Source of the DNA: an uncultured virus (IMG/VR IMGVR_UViG_3300021335_000008)
Lineage: Duplodnaviria > Heunggongvirae > Uroviricota > Caudoviricetes > Demerecviridae
Virus record (IMG/VR): IMGVR_UViG_3300021335_000008
Direction: 5' to 3' (one strand)
DNA length: 64,000 nucleotides
A program made the position numbers and the translations under genes. Positions 1-9,218 of the stretch are shown in pieces. The notes beneath the pieces were generated by a model. It worked only from the letters and a program-made list of their open reading frames with translations. It ran no database searches and was not told the DNA's origin. Position 1 is the first letter of the stretch, and each line of letters begins with the position of its first letter.

Positions 1-2
1 TC

Positions 3-1091
3 GCAAACATAATCGGGCAACTTGTATCGTTAGTTCCCGGTTCCAACATTCTAATCATGTCCCCCAATTACTCGCTGTCTCAGATTTCTTTTGACTTACA
101 AAGAAATCTAATTAAGCACTTTGACTTAGAGGTAGCGAAAGATAATGCAAAAGATAAAGTTATTGAGCTGACAAATGGCTCAACAGTTCGAATGGGTTCT
201 GTAAACCAGGTTGATTCTTGTGTAGGTCGTAGCTACGACTTAATTATATTTGACGAGGCGGCGTTGGCAGACGGCAAAGATGCCTTTAATGTCGCACTTC
301 GACCTACTTTGGATAAAGATAACTCAAAGGCTATCTTTATCTCTACTCCTCGAGGCAGGAACAACTGGTTTGCAGAATTTTTTGACAGAGGATTTAATGA
401 TGAGTTTCCAGAGTGGTGCTCGATACGAGCTACTTATAAAGATAATCCGCGTATGTCTGAGTTGGATATACAAGAAGCTAAAAAGTCTATGTCCGATGCA
501 GAATTTAGACAAGAATATGAAGCGGACTTTAACACTTATGAAGGCCAAATTTGGAACTTCAATCACGAAACCTGTATCGCCAATAATGAAGAGCTTGATA
601 CTCGCCGCATGGATGTATTTGCTGGTCTCGACGTTGGTTATCGTGATCCAACTGCTTTTATGGTCGTAGCATATGATTGGGACGAAGAGGTGTACCATGT
701 ATTAGATGAGTATCTTGATGCCGAGAAGACCACCGAGCAGCATGCCGCTGTAATTCGTGAAATGGTTGACAAATGGGACATCGACTACATTTACATAGAT
801 TCCGCAGCGCAGCAAACTCGATTTGACTTCGCACAAAATTACGATATTAGTACTGTAAATGCAAAAAAGTCAGTATTAGATGGAATCGCACACGTAGCTG
901 GAATAGTTGACAATGATAAGCTTATGGTCGATCAGCGATGCGGTGAAGTACTATCTTGTCTTGATCAATACCAATGGGATCCTAATCCTAATCTAGCAAG
1001 AGAGAAGCCAAAACATAATCGAGCATCGCATATGGCTGATGCTCTTCGATATGCACTATATTCGTTCGAAACAACTCAGAGCGGGTTTTAA
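3..1091 (+). CDS. terL: Terminase large subunit, 5' truncated (frame open from the window edge)
   Basis: Walker B LIIFDEAA, coupling motif ISTPRG, RNase H-like GLDVG and C-terminal HMADALRYA; lies upstream of portal as in T5. Confidence 0.95.
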   Translation, partial: ANIIGQLVSLVPGSNILIMSPNYSLSQISFDLQRNLIKHFDLEVAKDNAKDKVIELTNGSTVRMGSVNQVDSCVGRSYDLIIFDEAALADGKDAFNVALRPTLDKDNSKAIFISTPRGRNNWFAEFFDRGFNDEFPEWCSIRATYKDNPRMSELDIQEAKKSMSDAEFRQEYEADFNTYEGQIWNFNHETCIANNEELDTRRMDVFAGLDVGYRDPTAFMVVAYDWDEEVYHVLDEYLDAEKTTEQHAAVIREMVDKWDIDYIYIDSAAQQTRFDFAQNYDISTVNAKKSVLDGIAHVAGIVDNDKLMVDQRCGEVLSCLDQYQWDPNPNLAREKPKHNRASHMADALRYALYSFETTQSGF

Positions 1092-1100
1092 AGAGACCTA

Positions 1101-1142
1101 CAAAAAATAGTGTTTGACAATTTATCTTACAAGGGCTATAAT
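1101..1142 (+). promoter_or_regulatory. Sigma70-type promoter with A-tract UP element
   Basis: TTGACA 1114-1119, 17 bp spacer, TATAAT 1137-1142, preceded by AAAAAATAG. Confidence 0.9.
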
Positions 1143-1147
1143 TCAAA

Positions 1148-1531
1148 ATGAAAAAGCTGAAAAGAGATCCGGTAAAATACATAAGAGATCGAGCTAAATC
1201 AAAGTATGAAAAAGGTTCAGAATGCCACATTTGTGGCGCTGACACAGAACTCGACTTTCACCACTTTTACACTTTAGCGCCTCTACTAAGAGAGTGGCTA
1301 AAAGTGAAGCAGAAAGAGAGACCTGCGCATTATACGGACGAGTATATTGTGATCTGGCGAGACGAGTTTATAGAAGATAAATGGGCGGAGCTGTACGAGC
1401 ACACAGTGACACTTTGCCATAAACATCATTTGGAACTGCATAGGTTGTATGGCAGAAATCCAGCCCTAGTAACTGCAAAGAAACAAATGCGCTGGGTAGA
1501 GATTCAAAGAGACAAACATGGCATGGTATGA
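1148..1531 (+). CDS. HNH-like nicking endonuclease (T5-type, between terminase and portal)
   Basis: CHICG...HH...TLCHKHHLELH zinc/HNH-like motifs; same position as T5 nicking endonuclease genes. Confidence 0.75.
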   Translation: MKKLKRDPVKYIRDRAKSKYEKGSECHICGADTELDFHHFYTLAPLLREWLKVKQKERPAHYTDEYIVIWRDEFIEDKWAELYEHTVTLCHKHHLELHRLYGRNPALVTAKKQMRWVEIQRDKHGMV

Positions 1532-2714
1532 CAGACTAATAGGTAGAACGCCAGAAGCAGAGGAAAAGCTCAACCCTGCGCAGCCATATTTTGATGGTAA
1601 AATTGAAAGCAGCCGCGAACAGACTGTTAGCTACGAAAGAGCGTACGAAGACTTAGAAATTGTAAATCGCGGCGTTAATATGATTGTTGATGATGCTGCT
1701 GAGATCAATGTAAAAGTTGGAGGCCAGCTACCTGTTCAAAGCGTTGTTAAAGGAATCAAAAGATCAAGAATTGATCTTTTACTCAATAAGGAGCCAAACC
1801 TTTTTCAAGACATAAGTTCTTTTCGTCGTAATTTAATTATTGATTACTTACTAGACGGAAATGTTTTTATCTACTATGACGGTGCTCATATGTACCACCT
1901 TCCAGCAGATAAGATGATAATTCACACAAGTGAAGAGACGTATGTTGAAAAATATACTTACAATAATACAGTAACATTTAGTCCTCGCGAGATTATTCAT
2001 GTAAAAGAAAACTCTTTCTATTCTATCTATAGAGGAGTTTCTCGCTTAAAGCCGGCGCTTCGTACTATGATACTTATGCGACGAATGAGAGACTTTCAAG
2101 ACAATTTCTTTAAGAACGGAGCCGTTCCAGGTTTAGTACTAAAATCCCCAAACACTTTATCTGAAAAAATTAAAGAAAGAATGATTCAGTCTTGGTCTGC
2201 TCGATACAGACCAGATGCAGGAGGCAAAAGACCTCTTATATTAGATGGCGGTATTGAAATAGATAAAGTTTCAAATGTAAACTTTAAAGAACTAGATTTT
2301 CAATCTGCTATCGCAGAAAATGAAAAGATTATTCTAAAAGCGTTAGGAATCCCTCCAATTCTTTTAGATTCTGGTAACAATGCAAATTTGCGACCAAACA
2401 TGAGATTGTATTACCTAGAGACAATCTTGCCTATAGTACGAAAAATTAATTTTTCACTTGAAAGGTTTTTTGGTTTTGAAATTGTAGAAGATGCTACAAA
2501 TATTCCAGCACTTCAACCAGAGCTTCGCGATCAGTCGCAGTACTACTCAGCTCTTGTAAATACGGGAATAATTTCTCCAAATGAAGCAAGAGAAGCTCTG
2601 AACTTTGATCCTGTAGAAGGATATGATGATTTACGAGTACCTGCAAATATTGCGGGAAGCGCGGCAAATCCAGATGAAGGCGGAAGACCGCCAGAGCAAG
2701 AAGGAGAAGATTAA
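1518..2714 (+). CDS. Portal protein (HK97/T5 pb7 type)
   Basis: LLNKEPN, LLDGN, EIIH, NFFKNGAVPGLVL, GIISPNEARE motifs. Confidence 0.95.
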   Translation: MAWYDRLIGRTPEAEEKLNPAQPYFDGKIESSREQTVSYERAYEDLEIVNRGVNMIVDDAAEINVKVGGQLPVQSVVKGIKRSRIDLLLNKEPNLFQDISSFRRNLIIDYLLDGNVFIYYDGAHMYHLPADKMIIHTSEETYVEKYTYNNTVTFSPREIIHVKENSFYSIYRGVSRLKPALRTMILMRRMRDFQDNFFKNGAVPGLVLKSPNTLSEKIKERMIQSWSARYRPDAGGKRPLILDGGIEIDKVSNVNFKELDFQSAIAENEKIILKALGIPPILLDSGNNANLRPNMRLYYLETILPIVRKINFSLERFFGFEIVEDATNIPALQPELRDQSQYYSALVNTGIISPNEAREALNFDPVEGYDDLRVPANIAGSAANPDEGGRPPEQEGED

Positions 2715-3022
2715 TGGCAGTAAGACAAAAACAAAAAGTTTTAGACACTGCTTATACGCATTTTAAAGAATTCGGGCTACCTCTCGATATCGAGTATAAG
2801 TCTTATGTAAATATTGTAGGCCCTAAAGAAGCTCTACACGCTATCTCAATTAAGAGAAGTTTTAAAGCATGGAAGTATGTACTGCACGCTCTAAGACTTA
2901 AGTACCCTGAATTACGTGAGAAGGCACCGGCCCCGAAGCCTGCAACACCAAAACCTGCTCCAAAGGCCGCACCTGAGCCTGCGAGCAAGCCTGCTAAAGC
3001 AGAAGCAAAGAGTGAAGACTAA
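2714..3022 (+). CDS. Hypothetical protein with Pro/Ala/Lys-rich C-terminal tail
   Basis: TAATG-coupled to both portal and protease; occupies the slot of the T5 decoration gene but no homology recognised. Confidence 0.6.
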   Translation: MAVRQKQKVLDTAYTHFKEFGLPLDIEYKSYVNIVGPKEALHAISIKRSFKAWKYVLHALRLKYPELREKAPAPKPATPKPAPKAAPEPASKPAKAEAKSED

Positions 3023-5037
3023 TGGAAAAAATCTTTAACCTTACTTCTACCTTTAAGGCTTTGGACGAAGATGATGGAGGCGTTCACATCTGTGGAATGG
3101 CCAGTACCGCTGACTTCGACCGTGCTGGAGATACTATTTCAGCAGAAGCATGGACAAAAGGTGGACTCAACAATTTTGAAAAGAACCCTATTATTCTTTT
3201 CAATCACGACTATAACAAGCCTATCGGACGCGCTACAGGACTTAAAGTCACTGAAAACGGTCTCGAACTTAAGGCTAAAATTTCTAAATCTGCGCCCGAT
3301 CATGTGGCTCAGCTTGTAAAAGAAGGCATTCTTGGAGCTTTTTCTGTTGGTTTCCGAGTCAAGGATGCTGATTACCTAACGGAAACTGACGGATTAAAGA
3401 TTAAGGACGCTGAATTGTTCGAAGTATCAGTAGTATCGGTACCTTGTAATCAAGCAGCCACTTTCTCTCTGGCGAAATCTTTTGACTCAATGGATGAGTA
3501 CGAAGAATTCAAGAAAACTTTCAAAAATAGTGTAGATCTAGCCGGTCAGTCTCTGGCTAAGGATGAAGATTCATTTGAAGCTAGTGATGCACCGGATGGA
3601 ACTGAAAAGTCAGTTCAAAAGGAGATGACAATGTCGGAAGTAAAAACTCCCGAAATCGACCTTGAGGCTTTTGCTAAGAAGGTAGCGGATGAGACTGCTG
3701 CTAAGATTGCAATTCGTCAAGCCGAAGAAAAAGCAGCCGTTGAAGCAGAAGCTAAGGCCGCACAAGAAGCAGCTGAAGCTGAAGCCGCAAAGCAGGCTGA
3801 AGTTGAATCTGTAATTAAGACAGGTATTGAGTCAGGCGCTGAGCGTCTTATGTCTGATATCCAAGCGAAGCTTTCTGAGAAAGACGCAAAGATTGACGAA
3901 GTAATCGCTCAACACCAGAAGGACCTCGAAGAGAAGAACGCTGAGCTTACTGCTATGCGTGAGTCAAAGCGTGTATTCGCTGACCGTAGTGACGGTGACG
4001 CTATCTCTAAGTGGGGCAAAGAGTTTATGTTCGCACACATGGCAGGTGTAATGTCAGGCAACAAGAGCCTCGACCAAACTGACTATGGTAAGAGCATCCT
4101 TGAGAAGGCTGGCGTTAGCTATGCTACTGCGGCACCTAACATTGCTACAGAAGTGTCTAGCCAGATTGAGAAGGAAATCCAACGTGAGCTTCGTCTTGCA
4201 CGCGCTTTCCGTGAAATCACTATCAACTCTCAAGCTCAAGTACTGCCAATCCAAACAGACACCAACTTGGCGTCTTGGCAGTCAGGTGCAGCAACTACTC
4301 CAAACTTGGAGAACAAGACTCAGGTTGCAGGCAATACTTACCAGCCTAGCCAGGTAGTATTGAAGGCGTACCGTTTGATCTCAAGCACACTCATGGATAA
4401 CCACATTGATGAGGAAGTGTTGATCAACCTTATGCCTATGCTCGTAGAGTCAGTTGCACGTGCACACGCTCGCGCTGTTGATGATGCACTTCTTAACCAC
4501 GTAGCTACTGGTGGCTCTGATGCGTTTGACGGTCTCGTTAAGCTCGCAGGCAGCAACTCAGTTAGCGTACTTGACGCAGCAGGCGGCAACTCAGTAGATA
4601 CAGCAGTAACTGCATCTGAGTTCCTCGACGCTCGTAAGTTGATGGGTAAGTATGGCATGATGCCTGAAGAGATGGTATACGTCGTATCTCAGGCTCGCTA
4701 CTACGATCTGATTGCTGATGCTGGCTTCGCTGACATCACAGACGTAGGTTCAGACGTTGCGACCAAGATCACTGGTCAAGTTGGTGCGATCTTCGGTACT
4801 CCCGTAATCGTATCTGACAACTTCCCTGCAGAAGCTAACGGCGCTGCAGTAGGTCTCGCTGTCAACGTTCGTAACTTTGCTATCCCACGCCTCCGCGGTG
4901 TGAATGTAGAGCAAGATTACGAGGTAATGAACCAGCGTAATGTTGTAGTCGCTACTCAGTCACTCGGCTTTAACCAGCTCGTGGCAGACTCAAGCGCAGA
5001 CAAGTCAGTTATCAAGCTCGTACGTACAGACGCTTAA
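3022..5037 (+). CDS. Prohead protease (HK97 S78-like) fused in frame to HK97-fold major capsid protein with coiled-coil scaffold domain
   Basis: N-terminal ILFNHD...PIG, AFSVGF, LFEVSVVSVPCN protease motifs; Ala/Glu/Lys coiled coil; capsid-like C-terminus (GAIFGTPVIVSD). Confidence 0.92.
   Translation: MEKIFNLTSTFKALDEDDGGVHICGMASTADFDRAGDTISAEAWTKGGLNNFEKNPIILFNHDYNKPIGRATGLKVTENGLELKAKISKSAPDHVAQLVKEGILGAFSVGFRVKDADYLTETDGLKIKDAELFEVSVVSVPCNQAATFSLAKSFDSMDEYEEFKKTFKNSVDLAGQSLAKDEDSFEASDAPDGTEKSVQKEMTMSEVKTPEIDLEAFAKKVADETAAKIAIRQAEEKAAVEAEAKAAQEAAEAEAAKQAEVESVIKTGIESGAERLMSDIQAKLSEKDAKIDEVIAQHQKDLEEKNAELTAMRESKRVFADRSDGDAISKWGKEFMFAHMAGVMSGNKSLDQTDYGKSILEKAGVSYATAAPNIATEVSSQIEKEIQRELRLARAFREITINSQAQVLPIQTDTNLASWQSGAATTPNLENKTQVAGNTYQPSQVVLKAYRLISSTLMDNHIDEEVLINLMPMLVESVARAHARAVDDALLNHVATGGSDAFDGLVKLAGSNSVSVLDAAGGNSVDTAVTASEFLDARKLMGKYGMMPEEMVYVVSQARYYDLIADAGFADITDVGSDVATKITGQVGAIFGTPVIVSDNFPAEANGAAVGLAVNVRNFAIPRLRGVNVEQDYEVMNQRNVVVATQSLGFNQLVADSSADKSVIKLVRTDA
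3599..3633 (+). promoter_or_regulatory. Internal ribosome-binding site and in-frame ATG for a stand-alone capsid protein (3631-5037, 468 aa)
   Basis: AAGGAG 3619-3624, in-frame ATG at 3625 and 3631, preceded by hairpin GAACTGA-AAAG-TCAGTTC 3599-3616. Confidence 0.7.
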
Positions 5038-5050
5038 TAGCTAGCTAAAT

Positions 5051-5081
5051 AAACTGGGGAGGGTTTCCTCCCCAAGTTTTT
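5051..5081 (+). terminator. Intrinsic terminator after the capsid gene
   Basis: GGGGAGG-GTTT-CCTCCCC stem followed by AAGTTTTT. Confidence 0.8.
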
Positions 5082-5096
5082 ACTAATTGATTTATT

Positions 5097-5678
5097 ATGG
5101 CAGATTTAATTACTCTTGCAGAATACAAAGAAGCAGAAGGCATTGCAAGTCCTAAAGAAGACTTGCGTCTTGCTACTTTAGTACCTTCAGTGAGTCAATT
5201 AGTAAAGACTTATTGTGGTAATTCTATTGTTGATTACTACTCTACAAATAAAGTAGAAGAATTTAATATTGATTGGGAAACTCATATTGTACAGCTGACA
5301 GAAAGTCCTGTAAATACAATTGTTTCCGTAGAGAAAAGAGATTCCGTAACGGAAAGTTACACCACCGTGCCAACTACAGACTATTATCTTGACAAGAAGA
5401 CGGATAGTGTACTTTACGTTACGGGATCCACCTATAAAAACTGGCCTCGCGGAGCGGCGTCAGTAAAAGTTACTTATAAGGCAGGGTATGAAGCCTGTCC
5501 TATGGATTTAAAACTTGCTGTTGTTGATTTAGTAACCTATTATTTAAAAGACGAGCATAAGGAACGTAGAACTCTTGCAGGCGCAAGCATTCAAAACCAA
5601 AGTACATCTAGTGTAAGAGATAGTGTTGCGTTCCCAGATCATATTAAGCGAGTACTTGATATGTATAAAAATTTCTAA
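5097..5678 (+). CDS. Head completion / head-tail adaptor protein (T5 p144-like)
   Basis: LITLAEYK start, VKVTYKAGY..CP.DLKLA, FPDHIKRVLD; follows capsid. Confidence 0.85.
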   Translation: MADLITLAEYKEAEGIASPKEDLRLATLVPSVSQLVKTYCGNSIVDYYSTNKVEEFNIDWETHIVQLTESPVNTIVSVEKRDSVTESYTTVPTTDYYLDKKTDSVLYVTGSTYKNWPRGAASVKVTYKAGYEACPMDLKLAVVDLVTYYLKDEHKERRTLAGASIQNQSTSSVRDSVAFPDHIKRVLDMYKNF

Positions 5679-7105
5679 TGGCTAGTAGTTACGTTAGAGA
5701 TAATTTAGCTAAAGACTTACTTAGACAATTAAGTAGTGCTCAAAATAAAGATGTTCGTAAAAAATTGCAGTCAGCTAGGCCGCATGTTTTACTATTATCA
5801 AACTTAGACTTTATAAATGATACTATTAAACAAATGAGTATCAGAAATCGTCTAAAAAATGTAGAAGAAGTAGTAGGTATAAACGATAACTTAAAAAAAG
5901 CTCAAAGTATTGCAAAAGGTTACCAACAAATTTATATAGCCAACAACCAAAGATACTCAGGCAGAGATTTAAGTATTGAAAATACCATGGCAGGTATTCA
6001 TATGGCCAATAAGTATCCAGATACTTTAGCAAAAGTTAAAAAAGAAGAAGCGTTCGTTTTTAGAAACTTTTCAGATATTGCAGAATGTAAAAGACAAATT
6101 ATTGATGCAGTATTAAAAGACGTAGTTACAGAAAGCCAGCTAAAAGCAATTAAAGGCCGAGTAGACCGAGGACATGGAGCAGGAGACGGATTTGCTGTAT
6201 CAGGAGTTACAGGCGCTCGAGCTTTAGGATTTGCTGATCAAGCAATGAAAAAAGACGGGAACGAAGAAGGCATGAATGCTCTTGTCAACGACATGAAGAA
6301 TTATGCGGAAGAGTTGTTTGAGAGCGAAGAATATAAACTAGATGCGGAAGCTTTTAGAGACATTGAAAGACTAACAATAGAGTATGAACAAATTGCTACT
6401 GCTAGTGGTATTTCAGCCACTTACATACCTTTTATTACTTTTCAAGATAAGTACTCAAATAGAGTAACGGACGGCGCTAGAGAAAGACAAGTACTAAATT
6501 TTATACGAAAGTACTTTGAAAAAAGAGGGCCGGAGTTTTTAGCAAATATGCCCGGCTCAAGCACTCTAATCGAAAAAGCAAGTTCTGTAATTATAGGGCC
6601 TTTGGTAGAGATAAATGGTGCAAAAGTAAGGCTTGACGCAAGGATAGACCCTAAAAAAGTTAGGTTAAAGTCTAAAGGAGCTCCTTCATTAAAAGGAACG
6701 ACTAAAAAAAGTAAGCCTGGTAAAAAGAGAAGAGCACAGAAGCCTACTTTAACTAGAGGCACTATAACAAAAGCAAAACAAAGTACTGTTTCAACAGCTA
6801 CTTTGTTAGGAGTTTTAAACTCTAGAATTAACGATGTAGTTGCAAATAATATGGGTACTCCTAGATTAGAGAATGTATCGGGAAGATTTGCAGCAAGTGT
6901 AAGAATTACAGACGTATCAAAAACTACAAAAGGGTTTCCTAGTATTGGATACACCTATATGAGAAACCCTTATTCAGTGTACGAAAGTACTTCAGGAAGT
7001 AGATTTTCAAGCATTGAAAGAGATCCTCGTATACTTATTGATAAATCAATACGAGAAATAGCCGCAGAGCTAGCCATGGGCCGAATCTATACTAGGAGAG
7101 TGTAA
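5678..7105 (+). CDS. Tail completion protein (T5 p143-like C-terminal domain) with long N-terminal extension
   Basis: C-terminal NMGTPRLENVSGRFAASV...YTYMRNPYSVYE...RDPRILIDKSIREIA; synteny. Confidence 0.7.
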   Translation: MASSYVRDNLAKDLLRQLSSAQNKDVRKKLQSARPHVLLLSNLDFINDTIKQMSIRNRLKNVEEVVGINDNLKKAQSIAKGYQQIYIANNQRYSGRDLSIENTMAGIHMANKYPDTLAKVKKEEAFVFRNFSDIAECKRQIIDAVLKDVVTESQLKAIKGRVDRGHGAGDGFAVSGVTGARALGFADQAMKKDGNEEGMNALVNDMKNYAEELFESEEYKLDAEAFRDIERLTIEYEQIATASGISATYIPFITFQDKYSNRVTDGARERQVLNFIRKYFEKRGPEFLANMPGSSTLIEKASSVIIGPLVEINGAKVRLDARIDPKKVRLKSKGAPSLKGTTKKSKPGKKRRAQKPTLTRGTITKAKQSTVSTATLLGVLNSRINDVVANNMGTPRLENVSGRFAASVRITDVSKTTKGFPSIGYTYMRNPYSVYESTSGSRFSSIERDPRILIDKSIREIAAELAMGRIYTRRV

Positions 7106-7563
7106 TGAGCAGTACCGCAAGAACATATACATCTCGAAGATCTAATATAGTAGAAGCCCTTGCAACAAAGCTAAAAGATATTGACGGCTCCGGCGCTTTT
7201 CTTACAGATGTAGGGAATAACGTACACCCCCGATTAAAGTTTTGGGATGAAATAGAAGACTTTCCTGCAATTCATTTAAATGCAGGGGCAGAAACTAGAG
7301 AATACCAAGGAGGGGGTTATAAAGACAGATTCTTGAGTGTAACAGTACGTTGCTACGTTAACGAAGACGACGCTCAATACGCTCTAAATGCCTTAATGGA
7401 AGACGTAGAGACTGTTTTAGAAGATAACTCAAGTTTAAAATATTTTGACAAGCAAAACAATGAGTTTAATTGTCAACAAATCACAGTTGTTAGTATAGAT
7501 ACTGACGAAGGTGTACTTGAACCTTTAGGAGTAGGAGAAATACTCATAGAGGTTCGATACTAG
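7105..7563 (+). CDS. Tail terminator protein (T5 p142-like)
   Basis: RLKFWDEIEDFPAI, ETREYQ, SIDTDEGVLEPLGVGEI; precedes the tail tube gene. Confidence 0.85.
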   Translation: MSSTARTYTSRRSNIVEALATKLKDIDGSGAFLTDVGNNVHPRLKFWDEIEDFPAIHLNAGAETREYQGGGYKDRFLSVTVRCYVNEDDAQYALNALMEDVETVLEDNSSLKYFDKQNNEFNCQQITVVSIDTDEGVLEPLGVGEILIEVRY

Positions 7564-7604
7564 AAACGACTGGCACGAACAAACGTTCACGCCCTAGTCC
7601 TTTC
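7563..7604 (+). promoter_or_regulatory. Long imperfect RNA hairpin upstream of the tail tube RBS
   Basis: GAAA/TTTC, GACT/AGTC, GGC/GCC, GAAC/GTTC nested pairs with AAAC loop; AGGAG RBS lies just downstream. Confidence 0.55.
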
Positions 7605-7624
7605 AATAGCATAGGAGATAAACT

Positions 7625-9079
7625 ATGGCAGATAAAATTTATTTTAGTCGCGATACGAAATGCTACATCGAGTTCAATGATGTAGTATGGGAGATCCCGG
7701 TTCTGGACGGCTTCAGCTTCTCACAAGGAAATGAGTCTACAGAAATTACACTAGCAGAGATGGAAGATTCTACTGGAACTAGCCGTCGGGGCCGTCGTGC
7801 ATTTAATACTGCGCTGTCCCCCGGTGAGTGGTCTATCTCTACATACGTTCGTCCTTTTGCGTCCGCAGGAAGTGGGGCAGGCAAAGCAGACGGAACAGCA
7901 ACCGAAGTTCACGCAGTAGAAGAAGTTCTTTGGGGCCTATTCTTGGGTGCTCGAGAGTGGAACTCTACAGCATACGCAATGACTAGCGATCAAGAGATCT
8001 CGGTCGTAGCAGGCGCTCCAGGTTCTGATGGTTTGGTTGTCGGTGATACTTATGTTATTACTACGGCCGGGTCAACAAACTGGACAGACTTAGGTGCAGC
8101 AAACGGTAACGTTGGCACAATTTTCACTCGTGATAGTGATGATAATGCAACCGGCACCGGAGGCAAAGCCAAGCGTGTTGTTAACGTACCTGCAGCAGCA
8201 GGCTCAGTATTTAATGCTCAGTCTTCAAACCGTTCAAGTTTAGGTACTTGTAACCTTTACTTTGTACTTGGCGATGCAGATCGCTCTGTTTATAAGTTGA
8301 AGGACGGCGTTGTTAACGAAGCAACTCTTGATTTTGATATTGACGGAATTGCAACAATTAACTGGTCTGGACAGTGTTCAGAAGTTATTGAATTTACAGG
8401 CAGCACTATTGAGTCTAACTCTGAGCCTGCTTACAATGCTTCGACTCAAGACGCAACTACTATTTCAGATGGGGATGTTTGGCTTGACGCTGCTGATTCA
8501 CATCGTCTCTTTGTTGTAAAGTCAGTTCCAGGCAGTGGCAATCTTGCTACTTCAAATCTTACTACTGGAGTCTACGAAGATGTTACGCAGACAGATAACT
8601 TTATTCGTAACCGTTTGTCTCAGTTAACAGTCACTAACGCGGATGCAACTAACTTCCAGTCTTCATATGACTTGACTTTAACAGGCGGAAGTCTTTCCTT
8701 CTCTAATAATGTAACTTACATTACGCCAGAGGAGTTGGGGGTTGTAAATACTCCGTTTGCTCACGTAACAGGAACTCGTACAATTGGAGGTTCTTTCACT
8801 TGCTACTTGACTTTAAACACCAGTACTCTTGACTCTAACAAGTCTCGTGATTTGTTTGATGATTTGCGTAACGCATCTACTGTTGTTACAAACTCTTTCA
8901 ATCTTACCTTTAAGATTGGAGGAGACTCAGGTAACCGCTTAGAAGTTAATTTACCAACATGTCACATTGAGATCCCAAGCCACTCTATTGAAGATGTTAT
9001 TTCTATGGAAACTAATTTTATGGGATTACCATCTACAGTTAGTGAAACTGACGAAATGACTTTGGCGTATAAAGTATAA
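7625..9079 (+). CDS. Major tail tube protein (T5 pb6-like)
   Basis: SRDTK, WEIPVLDGFSFSQ, EWSISTYVRP, DFDIDGIATINWSG, FIRNRL, TGTRTIGGSFTCYL. Confidence 0.92.
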   Translation: MADKIYFSRDTKCYIEFNDVVWEIPVLDGFSFSQGNESTEITLAEMEDSTGTSRRGRRAFNTALSPGEWSISTYVRPFASAGSGAGKADGTATEVHAVEEVLWGLFLGAREWNSTAYAMTSDQEISVVAGAPGSDGLVVGDTYVITTAGSTNWTDLGAANGNVGTIFTRDSDDNATGTGGKAKRVVNVPAAAGSVFNAQSSNRSSLGTCNLYFVLGDADRSVYKLKDGVVNEATLDFDIDGIATINWSGQCSEVIEFTGSTIESNSEPAYNASTQDATTISDGDVWLDAADSHRLFVVKSVPGSGNLATSNLTTGVYEDVTQTDNFIRNRLSQLTVTNADATNFQSSYDLTLTGGSLSFSNNVTYITPEELGVVNTPFAHVTGTRTIGGSFTCYLTLNTSTLDSNKSRDLFDDLRNASTVVTNSFNLTFKIGGDSGNRLEVNLPTCHIEIPSHSIEDVISMETNFMGLPSTVSETDEMTLAYKV

Positions 9080-9096
9080 TAATATTGCTTCACTTC

Positions 9097-9119
9097 AAAG
9101 GGGCTTCGGCCCCTTTTTT
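9097..9119 (+). terminator. Intrinsic terminator with cUUCGg tetraloop
   Basis: AAAGGGGC-TTCG-GCCCCTTTTTT. Confidence 0.92.
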
Positions 9120-9130
9120 ATTACTCCTCT

Positions 9131-9171
9131 AAAAAATAGTTCTTGACATTTTTGCTCTTGTCACATATAAT
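9131..9171 (+). promoter_or_regulatory. Sigma70-type promoter
   Basis: TTGACA 9143-9148, 17 bp, TATAAT 9166-9171, upstream AAAAAATAG. Confidence 0.9.
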
Positions 9172-9218
9172 TACATAGTTAGTAATGTAAAAACAGAGCT
9201 TTAAGCAGAGTACAATAA

